DNA of 34,964 nucleotides from an uncultured virus (IMG/VR IMGVR_UViG_3300046501_000473) (Duplodnaviria; Heunggongvirae; Uroviricota; Caudoviricetes), in IMG/VR virus record IMGVR_UViG_3300046501_000473; one strand, given 5' to 3'. The position numbers and the translations under genes were made by a program. Of the stretch, positions 8,001 through 16,553 are shown piece after piece; the first letter of the stretch is position 1, and each line of letters begins with the position of its first letter. The notes under the pieces were generated by a model. That model saw only the letters and a program-made list of their open reading frames with translations, was not told where the DNA came from and made no database searches.

Positions 8001-8962
8001 GCTGCTTCCTCCATCTGGTTCTGCCTCAGGTCTCGTTCACGCGGCACGTACACGCGCCGCCACGGCTCGGTACGGCCCTCCTGGCGGGCCTTCTTCTTGA
8101 TGCGGGACCACGTCTGCCACACCGCGTCGACCGTCATCTCCAGCTGGGCGGCGATCTCTTCCGGGGTGTCGTTGGTCCACTCGAACAGGTGCTGCAAGAC
8201 CTGCTTACGGTCTTCTGAGCGGAGGATGACGGACTCGCCGTGCAGCCACCGGTCCGCGACGTTCCCGCCCTCGGTCGCGACCGGCTCCACCACGTCCGTG
8301 AGCGGCTGCGCTTTCGGGTCGTCGATCGTCTCGTCGTCCCACGCCAGCGGGCCGTTCCAGGAAAGACTCCGCGCATACTGGCGGGTCTCTTCTGCGCGCT
8401 CCGCGTCTACGCCCTGATTCTCCGGACGGACCGACCACAGGTCGTTGTACAACTGGCCCACTCGGGCTGCCACAGTCAGCCGCACCCCAGAACGTCGGAA
8501 GGTCCGGTCAATCCAGCCAGGATGGACACCCAGACGCGCCTCCAGCACTTCTTGCGGCCAGCCCAGCCAGATCAGAGCCTGAATCCGCCGGCGGGTTCCA
8601 ACCCGGTCCACGATCGCCGTCGTAGTGATGATCCCGGTGGGGGACGGCACAGGAACCGACATGATCTTTCGCTCCGAGTCCCGCGTAATGGGCTCGCCAC
8701 GCAAGGCCCGGTAGTACGTGGTACGCGCAATGCCCACCAGCGCCATGACCTCCTTGTCCAGCAACCCGGCGTGCCGAAACGCCTGAAGGCGAGCAGCGGA
8801 CCGGTCAGAGGCCACATCGCCAGGACGGCCCGTGGCCAGAAGAAACTTGTTTCGCTTCCTGCGGTTGCGGCGGGCTTCCAAGCACTCGGTCCGCTTGCAT
8901 CCGTAGTCCGCGCACGACCCGTTGCCGTGCTGTACCCGGCTGTTCGGGGGACGCCTCGTCAC
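7997..8962 (-). CDS. phage-type putative DNA-binding protein (N-terminal HG..C..GC...C motif, HTH-like segments)
   Basis: GTRRRIQALIWLGWPQEVL...PLAWDDETIDDP and C-terminal TPEEIAAQLEMTVDAV HTH-like region. Confidence 0.7.
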   Translation of the reverse strand: MTRRPPNSRVQHGNGSCADYGCKRTECLEARRNRRKRNKFLLATGRPGDVASDRSAARLQAFRHAGLLDKEVMALVGIARTTYYRALRGEPITRDSERKIMSVPVPSPTGIITTTAIVDRVGTRRRIQALIWLGWPQEVLEARLGVHPGWIDRTFRRSGVRLTVAARVGQLYNDLWSVRPENQGVDAERAEETRQYARSLSWNGPLAWDDETIDDPKAQPLTDVVEPVATEGGNVADRWLHGESVILRSEDRKQVLQHLFEWTNDTPEEIAAQLEMTVDAVWQTWSRIKKKARQEGRTEPWRRVYVPRERDLRQNQMEEAA

Positions 8963-9420
8963 ACCGTCACCCCCTGTGCGGCAGCAGCCTGCTCCCGCTC
9001 TGCGTTGAACTGCCTGATTGCCTTCGATACCGCCGTCTTGTCGACGCCCAATTGGCCTGCGATCGACTTCTGAGTGACCCCCGCGTCGAGCTGCTTCTCA
9101 ATCCATGCCCGCTGGCTCAGGCACTTGTCCAGGGATGTTGCCCTCGGCTGGCGCAGGCCCTTGCGCTCACGTTCCGACAGACCGCCCCACACTCCGGCCG
9201 ACTGCCCGGTCTTCAACGCCCACTCGAGGCAGGCCTTCCTTACCGGGCACCCAGCGCAGACCTGCTTGGCATCATCGATTTGCTCCAGCCAGCCGGGCGT
9301 GTGGGCCGTCGGGAAGTGCAGGTCGGGGTCGACGTACCGGCAGGCGGCGCCCGTCCGCCAATCGGTGTCGGGCGCGGCAGGACTCATAGGGAGGCGCGTT
9401 TCGGTCGCGGTGGCGGTCAT
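8959..9420 (-). CDS. WhiB-family Fe-S transcription regulator with C-terminal HTH
   Basis: WRTGAACRYVDPDLHFP...AKQVCAGCPVRKACLEWAL...GVWGGLSERER, then TQKSIAGQLGVDKTAVSKAI. Confidence 0.93.
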   Translation of the reverse strand: MTATATETRLPMSPAAPDTDWRTGAACRYVDPDLHFPTAHTPGWLEQIDDAKQVCAGCPVRKACLEWALKTGQSAGVWGGLSERERKGLRQPRATSLDKCLSQRAWIEKQLDAGVTQKSIAGQLGVDKTAVSKAIRQFNAEREQAAAAQGVTV

Positions 9421-9965
9421 CGGTTGGCTCCGGGAAGGGTGTAGAGGCGGATGATCGCGCCAGGTTCGGTGAGGACGTCGGGGTGGCTGGGGTCGCCGGC
9501 GTAGTACTTGGCGAGTTGGCCGTATTCGACGACTCGAGCGTCGTCCTTCCAGGCGCGGGCGGTGGTGAGGGCGTCTTCGGTGGAGCGGAGGAGCTTGGAG
9601 AGGTCGGGGGATGATGCGGGGCGCCACCAGAGGTATTTGGACCAGGGCAGGGCCTTGAGCCACCAGACGGGCTTGGACTGCGGTTTGGTCCGTACGGCGA
9701 AGATCATGTCTGCGGAGAGGGGTCCGTCGAGGGGCTTCCAGGTCGGGTACTCCCGTATGGCGGCCAGGGCGGCAGCGTGCACGCGTTCCCGCCAGGGCCT
9801 GACCCGTGTGGACTGTTCGAGGAGGACGGCGCTGACGCGTCCGGAGCGGGCGTTTCGGCGGTGACCGGCGTAGCGCTTTGATCCCTGGGGGGCCGGGTCG
9901 CCGTGGACGACGATGGTGAGGCAGAGTTGCCGGTCTATGGCGGGGGCGGTATCGGTGAGCGTCAT
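9417..9965 (-). CDS. rusA: RusA-family Holliday junction resolvase
   Basis: VHGDPAPQGSK...PWRERV...PDLSKLLRSTEDALT..AWKDDARVV...K.Y. Confidence 0.9.
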   Translation of the reverse strand: MTLTDTAPAIDRQLCLTIVVHGDPAPQGSKRYAGHRRNARSGRVSAVLLEQSTRVRPWRERVHAAALAAIREYPTWKPLDGPLSADMIFAVRTKPQSKPVWWLKALPWSKYLWWRPASSPDLSKLLRSTEDALTTARAWKDDARVVEYGQLAKYYAGDPSHPDVLTEPGAIIRLYTLPGANR

Positions 9966-10183
9966 TGGGCGTACTCCTGGACGGGGAAGGGGCCGTGGCG
10001 GCCGGTGCGGAGGTGTGTGGCTTCGCCGTGGCTGTGTCCGATGTGGACGCCGAGGCAGTAGCGGCAGCGGTAGTCGTTGAGGCGGGGGCCGCCTTCGCCG
10101 CGTATCTGCCGGGCTCTGCGGCGTCCGGTGCGGCGGCTGGGGAAGACGGTCTTGAGGTAGCAGCCCGCGAGGAAGCCGTTCAC
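9962..10183 (-). CDS. small putative Zn-finger protein
   Basis: C..KTVF.SRR...YRCRYC.GVHIGH; GTGA coupling to DUF5131. Confidence 0.65.
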   Translation of the reverse strand: MNGFLAGCYLKTVFPSRRTGRRRARQIRGEGGPRLNDYRCRYCLGVHIGHSHGEATHLRTGRHGPFPVQEYAQ

Positions 10184-11292
10184 GGGACCGTGGGGAACGC
10201 GTCGTGGGTACGACCGTCCAGGACACGGCCGGCGTTCTTCTTGCCGACGCGCTGGACGCAGGCCCATCCCTCGAGGTGGTCGTTGATGCCCCACTGGCCG
10301 TGGGTCTGGGTGCGGCCATCGGCGGGGTGGACGTAGAGGACGCGCTTCTCGTTCCAGGCGGAGGCCCTCGCGTCGGCGTCGAGGTCGTCCCGGGAAATCC
10401 AGTTGCCGTGCTGCTTGAACAGGAAGGGGACGTCTGCGGCGGCGCATTCGTCGCGGAGGGAGCGGAACCAGTCGGGGTGTGCCGGGCGGGCTTTCGGACC
10501 GGACTCCCCGCCTGCAACAACCCAGTTCAGACGTTCCGGCTGCCCGATGCCGAGGATGTCGGCGAGTTCCACAGGCCGGTAGTCGGCGGGGATGGGGATC
10601 CAGGAGGCGCTGAGGCGGATCGGGCCGAGGAGGGGTTCGGCGGAGATCCAGCGGACGGCGGCCGGGGTGTCGAGGAGGGCGGGGATGCGAATGTTGGCCC
10701 AGTGCTGGTTTTCGACGGACACGCCGAGGTGGAGGTTCGGCAGGGGCCACGGGGCGTTGTAGACGCGCTGTTCGGCGTCGTCGGGTACGCCGGGGATGCG
10801 CTCGGGGTTGGCCTTCGAGACGGCCCAGGCCATGGCGGATCGGAAGTGGACGCCGGGGACGTGGCCGTTTCCGCACGTGCAGTGGTCGTTCAGGACGGAC
10901 CGCATCCGTGCGTGCCGCTTGGTCAGCAGCTGGTAGGAGTGCTGGGGGGTGAGCGCCATGATGGCGAACACCTTGGCGATGAAGTCGTCGGGGACGTTCT
11001 TGTGGAAGAGGTCGGAGAGAGAGTTGACGAACACCTTCCGGGACGTCTTCCATCGCAACGGCTCGGTGAGGCGGTCGGCGAGGAGGTTGATCCGACCACT
11101 CCAGTCGACGCCCGCTTCGGTGCGCTGGGTGGTGCCGGCGAACGCCGCAGCGATTCGCGGGTGCGGGTTGCCCTCGCGGATCCGGGCGGTGCTGATCGCG
11201 TAGCACGAGTCGCATCCGGGGCTTACCCGGTCGCAGCCGATGATCGGTGACCATGTCTTGTCAGCCCATTCGATGCTGGTGTCGGTGGCCAT
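10180..11292 (-). CDS. DUF5131 (phage Gp37/Gp68) family protein, radical-SAM-like
   Basis: TSIEWADKTWSPIIGCDRVSPGCDSCYA (CX6CX2C), VFVNSLSDLFH, LLTKR, LGVSVE, ISAEPLLG, WVVAGGESG, FLFKQHG. Confidence 0.95.
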   Translation of the reverse strand: MATDTSIEWADKTWSPIIGCDRVSPGCDSCYAISTARIREGNPHPRIAAAFAGTTQRTEAGVDWSGRINLLADRLTEPLRWKTSRKVFVNSLSDLFHKNVPDDFIAKVFAIMALTPQHSYQLLTKRHARMRSVLNDHCTCGNGHVPGVHFRSAMAWAVSKANPERIPGVPDDAEQRVYNAPWPLPNLHLGVSVENQHWANIRIPALLDTPAAVRWISAEPLLGPIRLSASWIPIPADYRPVELADILGIGQPERLNWVVAGGESGPKARPAHPDWFRSLRDECAAADVPFLFKQHGNWISRDDLDADARASAWNEKRVLYVHPADGRTQTHGQWGINDHLEGWACVQRVGKKNAGRVLDGRTHDAFPTVP

Positions 11293-11711
11293 CAGGCGGT
11301 TCCTTCCTGGTGTTCGGCGCGGAGGCGGCCGACGTGCTTGAGGAATGCGGCGATCTCGAGCGGTGCGATGCGCGTGGCTTCGTCGAGGGCGGTCTGGCGG
11401 TCGTAGCGGTAGATCTGCTCGCGGGAGAGTTCGCCGCGGTAGATCCATTGGGTGCCGGTCCAGGCGTGTTCGTTGCCGGGGTTGTCGTTGAGGACGGCCC
11501 ATCCGTCTGCGCGGCCGTCGAGGCGGCGTTTGACGCGGAGGTCGGCGTGGTGCCCGTAGGGATGGCCAGGGCAGGGGATGTGGAACTCCACGGCCTGCTC
11601 GAGCTGGGCGACGAGTTGGGCGATGTAGGCGGGATCTCGGAGGGCCTGCATGGTGGCGTGGTGTTCGGCTGCGGCGAGGGCGGCCGCGAAGCCGGGCGTC
11701 GTCTCGGTCAC
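11292..11711 (-). CDS. hypothetical protein
   Basis: 139 aa; TGATG overlap with the DUF5131 start. Confidence 0.75.
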   Translation of the reverse strand: MTETTPGFAAALAAAEHHATMQALRDPAYIAQLVAQLEQAVEFHIPCPGHPYGHHADLRVKRRLDGRADGWAVLNDNPGNEHAWTGTQWIYRGELSREQIYRYDRQTALDEATRIAPLEIAAFLKHVGRLRAEHQEGTA

Positions 11712-12343
11712 GGCTCGGGGTGTCCCTTCGGGGTCTCGGTGTCGGCGGCGCGGGCGGCGAGGCCGGCGGCGATGGTGGTGACGGAGAGCGGCTCGGTGTC
11801 CGCGGTGGTCTTCTTCGCTGCCTGGATGCCGTCGACGAGCGCCAGCGCTTTGGGCGTGTAGTGGCGGGTGTGGCAGTGGACGGCGTGGGCGACGGCGGCG
11901 CGGAGGCCGTTGGGGGTGTGGATGGGTTCGCAGTGGTGGGCGCCTTGGGCGCAGGGGGTGAAGGTGTGGAAGGGGGCGGCGGAGTTGCCGTCGGGGGTGT
12001 AGGCGAGGAGGGCTCCGGAGGGGAAGGAGCGGGTGACGGTGCCGTCGGGGCGTTCCTGCCAGTCGCGGATGAGGCCGGCGGGCAGGTTGTGCGTACGGGC
12101 GGCGTAGTAGGCGGCGATCTGCAGTTCGGTGATGAACTCGGACTTGCGGACGAGGAGCGGGGCAGGCGGCTTGACCAGGGAGACACGCGGGCGCTTGGCG
12201 AGGGACACGGGCCGGTTGGCGGGCTTCGGAGCTGTCTTGCGGGCCGGCCGGGTGCTGGTGCGCTTCGCGGCCGTCTTCTTGGCGGTGGGCTTCGGGGCCG
12301 GTGCGGGGGTGGTGGCCTGCGCAGCGCGTGTTCTGGTGGTCAT
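11708..12343 (-). CDS. hypothetical protein with basic Lys/Ala/Pro-rich N-terminus
   Basis: PAPKPTAKKTAAKRTSTRPARKTAPKP followed by a globular region; coupled at both ends. Confidence 0.75.
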   Translation of the reverse strand: MTTRTRAAQATTPAPAPKPTAKKTAAKRTSTRPARKTAPKPANRPVSLAKRPRVSLVKPPAPLLVRKSEFITELQIAAYYAARTHNLPAGLIRDWQERPDGTVTRSFPSGALLAYTPDGNSAAPFHTFTPCAQGAHHCEPIHTPNGLRAAVAHAVHCHTRHYTPKALALVDGIQAAKKTTADTEPLSVTTIAAGLAARAADTETPKGHPEP

Positions 12344-12468
12344 TGCTGTTCTCCGTCCTGCGGGTTCTTGGGTGGGGCTGTGGTGCTCCGGGGCTTGTGC
12401 TGGTGGCGGGTGATGAGGAGTGCGATTGCGGTGAGGACGGCGGCGGCGATGCCGTCCGGCCAGGTCAC
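12340..12468 (-). CDS. small membrane peptide (42 aa)
   Basis: VTWPDGIAAAVLTAIALLITRH...; GTGA and ATGA overlaps fill the gap exactly. Confidence 0.55.
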   Translation of the reverse strand: MTWPDGIAAAVLTAIALLITRHQHKPRSTTAPPKNPQDGEQQ

Positions 12469-12614
12469 CGCGCCTTCACCGCCGCGGGCGCGGATGTCGT
12501 CCAGGCGGGCCGGACGGTGGCCGGGGCGGTGGGGTGGGCGCGGCCGGGGGCGGCGAGGACTGCGGCGGCGATCAGGGTGAGGGTGAACGCGATCTGAGCT
12601 ACCCGGGCCCTCAT
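12465..12614 (-). CDS. small membrane/secreted peptide (49 aa)
   Basis: MRARVAQIAFTLTLIAAAVLAAPGRAHP... signal-peptide-like; ATGA coupling. Confidence 0.55.
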   Translation of the reverse strand: MRARVAQIAFTLTLIAAAVLAAPGRAHPTAPATVRPAWTTSAPAAVKAR

Positions 12615-12916
12615 GCCTTGCGCCCGTTCTTGCGCGCCCACCACTTCTGGGACACGTCGGCCTGGGCGTTGACGGTGGCGATGTGTCCGTTGAGGATCCC
12701 GGCGATGCTGGTGGCGTAGCCGAGGCGGTACAGCTCGGCGGGCTGGATGTTCTGGGTCTTCGGGTACTCGGCGTCCAGAAGCTCGTTGGCGCGCCGCTTG
12801 AGGGTGTCGATGGTCTCGCCGGCCTGGTATTCGTCGTAGGCGTCGGCGACTCCGAGGGCGTAGAACGGGTCGCGGGCGAAGGCGTTGTCGGCCGGGGCGA
12901 AGGTCATGGTCGTCAT
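12611..12916 (-). CDS. hypothetical protein
   Basis: MTTMTFAPADNAFARDPFYALGVADAYDEY...; high GC3. Confidence 0.75.
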   Translation of the reverse strand: MTTMTFAPADNAFARDPFYALGVADAYDEYQAGETIDTLKRRANELLDAEYPKTQNIQPAELYRLGYATSIAGILNGHIATVNAQADVSQKWWARKNGRKA

Positions 12917-12951
12917 GGCGGGAGTCCGTTTCGGTGTCAGCGGAATGGTGG

Positions 12952-13572
12952 TCAGGCGCGGCGCAGCAGCTCGTACTTGCGCTCCGCCTCGGGCGAGCGG
13001 TCGAACAGCCAGCCCTCGCCGTGCTGGTCGCAGTACTTGGAGTCCTCTTCGCTGCCGGGGGCGAGCCGACAGTGGTCGTGCTCGTCGACGCGGGGGCAGC
13101 AGCCGCAGGTGGCTTCGCAGCACTCCTCATCGGGGGTGCAGTCGGCGCAGCGGTCGCCGGTGCAGTAGGTGTCGGGCTTCTGCGTCTCGGAGGCGCGGAT
13201 GAGGCGGCCGACGATCTCGGCTGTGGTGGGCGGGGTCTTCTGGCCGATGCCGGGGGCGGCGGTCCAGTTGAAGACGTGCTCGATGACGTCGGGCTGGCCT
13301 GCGGTGTCGGGGACTTCGTAGTCGGCGATGGAGGCGGAGAGAACGCGCAGGGCTTGCATGGCGGGCTCGCTGCGCTCCAGGAGCTCCATGGAGGCGGCCT
13401 GGTCGGTGAAGAAGACGTCGGGGGCGGGCTTGTCCTCGGCGACGATGTACGCGAGGGCGCAGATGTCGAACTGGTCGATGACGCCGCGGTGGCCGAACTG
13501 TTCTCCGGTGTGGAGGCCGTCGGTGTTGATGACGGTGGCCATCTTGCGGAGGATGCGGCCGGTGCTGAGCAT
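12952..13572 (-). CDS. DUF6197-like protein with Cys-rich C-terminal extension
   Basis: ILRKMATVINTDGLHTG...DICALAY...HVFNW...TTAEIVGRLIRA, then CADC..CCEATCGCC; GGGAGA RBS. Confidence 0.7.
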   Translation of the reverse strand: MLSTGRILRKMATVINTDGLHTGEQFGHRGVIDQFDICALAYIVAEDKPAPDVFFTDQAASMELLERSEPAMQALRVLSASIADYEVPDTAGQPDVIEHVFNWTAAPGIGQKTPPTTAEIVGRLIRASETQKPDTYCTGDRCADCTPDEECCEATCGCCPRVDEHDHCRLAPGSEEDSKYCDQHGEGWLFDRSPEAERKYELLRRA

Positions 13573-13645
13573 GCGGGTCTCCCCTGGTGGTGTTCACCCG
13601 GCGCGCGCAGAGCGTGGTCGTGCGCGGCCGGGGAGTTGGCGGGTG

Positions 13646-13813
13646 TCAGGCGACTTCGCCGCGCATAACGGCCATCAGGAAGTCGTCCAGGACGATCGGG
13701 GCGACGTCGGGCCGGGTGGAGTCGTGTAGCTCCAGGTGGCCACCGCTCTCGGATGTCACTCGGATTGCCTCGCCGTTGGGGGCGGACATGTCGATCTTTG
13801 TCGGCTCGTTCAT
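13646..13813 (-). CDS. small protein, degenerate DUF397-like (55 aa)
   Basis: IRVTSESGGHLELHDSTRPDVAPIVLDDFLMAVMRGEVA; strong GGGAGGAG RBS; not in the ORF track. Confidence 0.65.
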   Translation of the reverse strand: MNEPTKIDMSAPNGEAIRVTSESGGHLELHDSTRPDVAPIVLDDFLMAVMRGEVA

Positions 13814-13829
13814 CGGGATCTCCTCCCTT

Positions 13830-14163
13830 TCAGGCGGCGGGGTGCCGGTCGGCGCAGGTGGGGCACTGTCGGATCGGCAGGTTGAAGCCGCAGGACTCTT
13901 CGATGGTTCGGGCGTCCGGGTCGGCGTTGTCGAAGACGACCGGGCAGACGCAAGTGCAGGAGCAGCGGAGGACTTCGCCCGCCGTAGGCGATGTGGATGC
14001 CGGCGAGGGCGGCGACGCCGAGCATCAGGGCGTTGTATTCGCCTGCGTCGCTGGTGCTGTCGGCGAGTTCGAGGACGTGGTCGAGGCGGGCCTGCTGGGC
14101 GTCGGTGAGGTCGCGGTAGTCGACGCTGGTGGGCGCCTTTCGGGCGTGCGTCATCACGGCCAT
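13830..14163 (-). pseudogene. hypothetical Cys-rich protein split by an apparent 1-nt insertion near 13980 (or a sequencing error)
   Basis: High-GC3 frame MAVMTHARK...IHIAYG continues in another frame as GEVLRCSCTCVCPVVFD...QCPTCADRHPAA* ending at 13830, immediately before the next gene's RBS. Confidence 0.6.
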
Positions 14164-14231
14164 GGCGGGCTCCGGGAGGTCAGGAAGGGTGCGAGGACTG
14201 CCTGTTGGGGCGGGTCCTGGGCTGTGTGACC

Positions 14232-14268
14232 ACCGTAACCCATCTTCTATTACGTACGCAATACAAGA
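14232..14268 (-). promoter_or_regulatory. promoter P2 with overlapping palindromic operator
   Basis: Minus strand TTGCGT-N18-TACGGT; CATCTTCTATTACGTACGCAATACAAGA identical to 7397-7424. Confidence 0.8.
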
Positions 14269-14283
14269 GTGCGAGGGGATGAG

Positions 14284-14320
14284 AAAAGCCCCTGCCCCAC
14301 AGGTCTGGGGGCAAGGGCTT
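14284..14320 (-). terminator. intrinsic terminator
   Basis: Minus strand AAGCCCTTGCCCC...GGGGCAGGGGCTT followed by TTCTC. Confidence 0.7.
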
Positions 14321-14339
14321 CACTGGCGGGACGGGGCGT

Positions 14340-14570
14340 TCAGGCGTCGCGGGCTCTGATCTTCACGGCGTGGATCTTCAACAGGGCCGTGTACGAGAAG
14401 TAGTTGGTCTTGCCGCGGCGGACCTTCTTGATGCCCTCCTGGCGGATCCAGTTCTCCAGGGTGCTCTTCGGGGCCGGATGGCCGGTTCGCTGGAACAGCG
14501 CGACAGCCTCATCGAGAGTTACCGGATCGGGGATGCCGGCGATGTTCGGGACAGCGGACGTGATGGCCAT
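14340..14570 (-). CDS. small HTH DNA-binding protein (MerR/excisionase-like)
   Basis: VTLDEAVALF...PKSTLENWIRQEGI..VRRGKTNYF; GGGAGG RBS before ATG 14570. Confidence 0.75.
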   Translation of the reverse strand: MAITSAVPNIAGIPDPVTLDEAVALFQRTGHPAPKSTLENWIRQEGIKKVRRGKTNYFSYTALLKIHAVKIRARDA

Positions 14571-14691
14571 GCGGCCTCCCATGATCGACGGCCACAGTTC
14601 GCAGCTCCGGCGGCCGATGACGGGCGGATTCGAGGAATCCGTTCGTGTGCTTTGTGTGCGGTTGTTGTTCTGTAGACAGGCGGACTGGCAG

Positions 14692-15228
14692 TCAGGTTGC
14701 GCGGATTTTCAAGATTTCTTTCTGCGTCACGTACTGAGTAGCCAGGCGGGCCAGGGTCCATGCCGACGACATTCCGTCGCGTCCACGGCAGTCGATGTTC
14801 AGGCACATGGCCCGCCGCGTATAGGGCTGCCATTGCAGGCCCCATGTCGTGCAGCGGGGGCAGGGGTGCGCGCAGACGACGTCGTGGTCGCCGAGCGCGA
14901 TGGCGTGCTCGAGGCTCTGACGGTAGATCACGATGTCGCGGCGCTGGCGGACTTCAGCGGGGGCGTCCTCGGTCTGTTCCTCCCACCAGGCGTAGACGTC
15001 GCGGACGCGGGCCGGGAGCGGTCCGATGTCGCCGGCGGCCTCGTCACGGGCATGCTGGACGACTTCGTCGACGCAGCGGGACATGTAGTCGACGATGCCG
15101 AGGTTGAGGGGGGCGCCGGGGGTGACGCTGGGGGAGCGGCGTTCGGAGGGGCCGGTCTGGGGATGTTCGCGGTAGTGGGTGGCCAGCAGGTGGAGCCGAG
15201 ATGCGGCGTCTTCTGTGTCGCGGCCCAT
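14692..15228 (-). CDS. hypothetical protein with C-terminal CxxC...CxxxxC Zn-ribbon-like motif
   Basis: MGRDTEDAASRLHLL...HPCPRCTTWGL...CLNIDC; GAGGGGACGGGGA upstream. Confidence 0.75.
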   Translation of the reverse strand: MGRDTEDAASRLHLLATHYREHPQTGPSERRSPSVTPGAPLNLGIVDYMSRCVDEVVQHARDEAAGDIGPLPARVRDVYAWWEEQTEDAPAEVRQRRDIVIYRQSLEHAIALGDHDVVCAHPCPRCTTWGLQWQPYTRRAMCLNIDCRGRDGMSSAWTLARLATQYVTQKEILKIRAT

Positions 15229-15459
15229 GGTGTCCCCGTCCCCTCGGGCGGCCCCCGGGGCGCGGGACGTCCGTACATATGTCGGGGCGCGCGCCGGTGG
15301 CCGGAAAGCGTGATTCCGGGCTGTTTCCGGACGCCCCACTATGGCATGTGAGTGAGGGGACGTGAACGTTCCGTTAGAAAGAACCATTGCTGGTTGCATC
15401 AGTGTTGAGGGGTGGTCATCTTGTGAAGATGAAACAACCCCCGGCATATTCAGACAATT

Positions 15460-15828
15460 TCACAGGAGGCCGGGCGCCGCCTTCATCCCGTCAATCATGG
15501 CGTGGAGTTCCCGGCGCTGCTCATCGTCCACGACCCCGTTCACGTGGGCGCCCGCAAGCATGGTGCTCACCAGGTCCAGCGTGATCTGGTAGGCCTCTGC
15601 GGTATCCGGGTCGGTGAGAGTGCGCTCGCACTTCAGGAAGCGCGCCTCGACACTGTTGGCGAGATTCTGGTGCGGGGACGCTGACGGGTCGCTTGGTTCC
15701 CTGGGGTTCGGCACGGTGTCCTCCCTGCGCCTGCGTCGGCGCTTGGAAGGGCCCTGACGAAACGAAATGACGGTACCGGGGCCGTGGCCACCGTCCGGCC
15801 CGGGGTCAAGGGGCTCTGCTGCGGACAT
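15460..15828 (-). CDS. hypothetical protein
   Basis: MSAAEPLDPG...; GGAGA RBS; C-terminal part of track ORF 15460..16302. Confidence 0.65.
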   Translation of the reverse strand: MSAAEPLDPGPDGGHGPGTVISFRQGPSKRRRRRREDTVPNPREPSDPSASPHQNLANSVEARFLKCERTLTDPDTAEAYQITLDLVSTMLAGAHVNGVVDDEQRRELHAMIDGMKAAPGLL

Positions 15829-16553
15829 GGGGCGTCTCCGCTCCTCCGGCAGAAGTGGGAAGGGTCCTCGTACGCCCGGTCGGTGTCGGCTCCGCCCGGG
15901 CCCCCCGCACGTCCGGCTGCCAGTCCAGACGCTCGGACTTGTCACTGTGGCATCGATACCAGGCGGTCGGTAAGACACTGCCGGGTATTGACCACCTACT
16001 GACATGCATTCGATACGGTTTTGGCCAGAGGGTGACGGAGAGGCTACATCCAGATACGGGAACAGCCCCTGCGGGCGCCAAATGGTCAGGCACTTCGAGG
16101 GGCCGATCGGTTCCTCCCGGGCATGCCCGTTCGTTGACGGCAGTCTAATCCGGGAACTCCCCACGCAGGTAGATGCGTTCCCCCGGTTTCTGTACGGGCC
16201 GGGTGCCCAGCGCGGCCGGGCCGCCCCCGGAGGGCTGCGATCCACAAGGGGCTGTCCCCGGCCGTGCAGCCGCCGGCCGTGGGGACCGGCAGCACCCCCC
16301 ACCCAAGGCGCATATATGCACTCCGGGAAGGGGCTTGCACAGGGATCACTCAGGTGGGTGACAGATAAACCCCGTCATCCGGCACGTATTCGACCGAATC
16401 TGGTCGGCGCATGACGAGGCCCCGCTCTTTACCTCGCGGGCAAAGTGTTCCCGAGCCATCTCCCTTGCCTGGCAGGCCCGTTCGGGTGGCGCAGGCGGTC
16501 GGGCCGCGCCACGTGCGCCTCACAAAACATGATCGCCTGGTAATTTGCTCGCC

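Noticed and set aside
10204..11250. 348-aa + strand ORF (likewise 16614..17639 -, 30291..31247 - and 32127..33296 +)
   Set aside because: Mirror frames of DUF5131, parA and the two recombinase genes, caused by GC3 bias
16343..16363. BldD-like box ATCAC...GTGAC in the long par upstream region
   Set aside because: Spacer is 8 nt rather than 7; single weak match
15829..16553. Iteron-containing replication origin in the 720-bp intergenic region
   Set aside because: Lower GC and non-coding, but I could not find a convincing set of direct repeats
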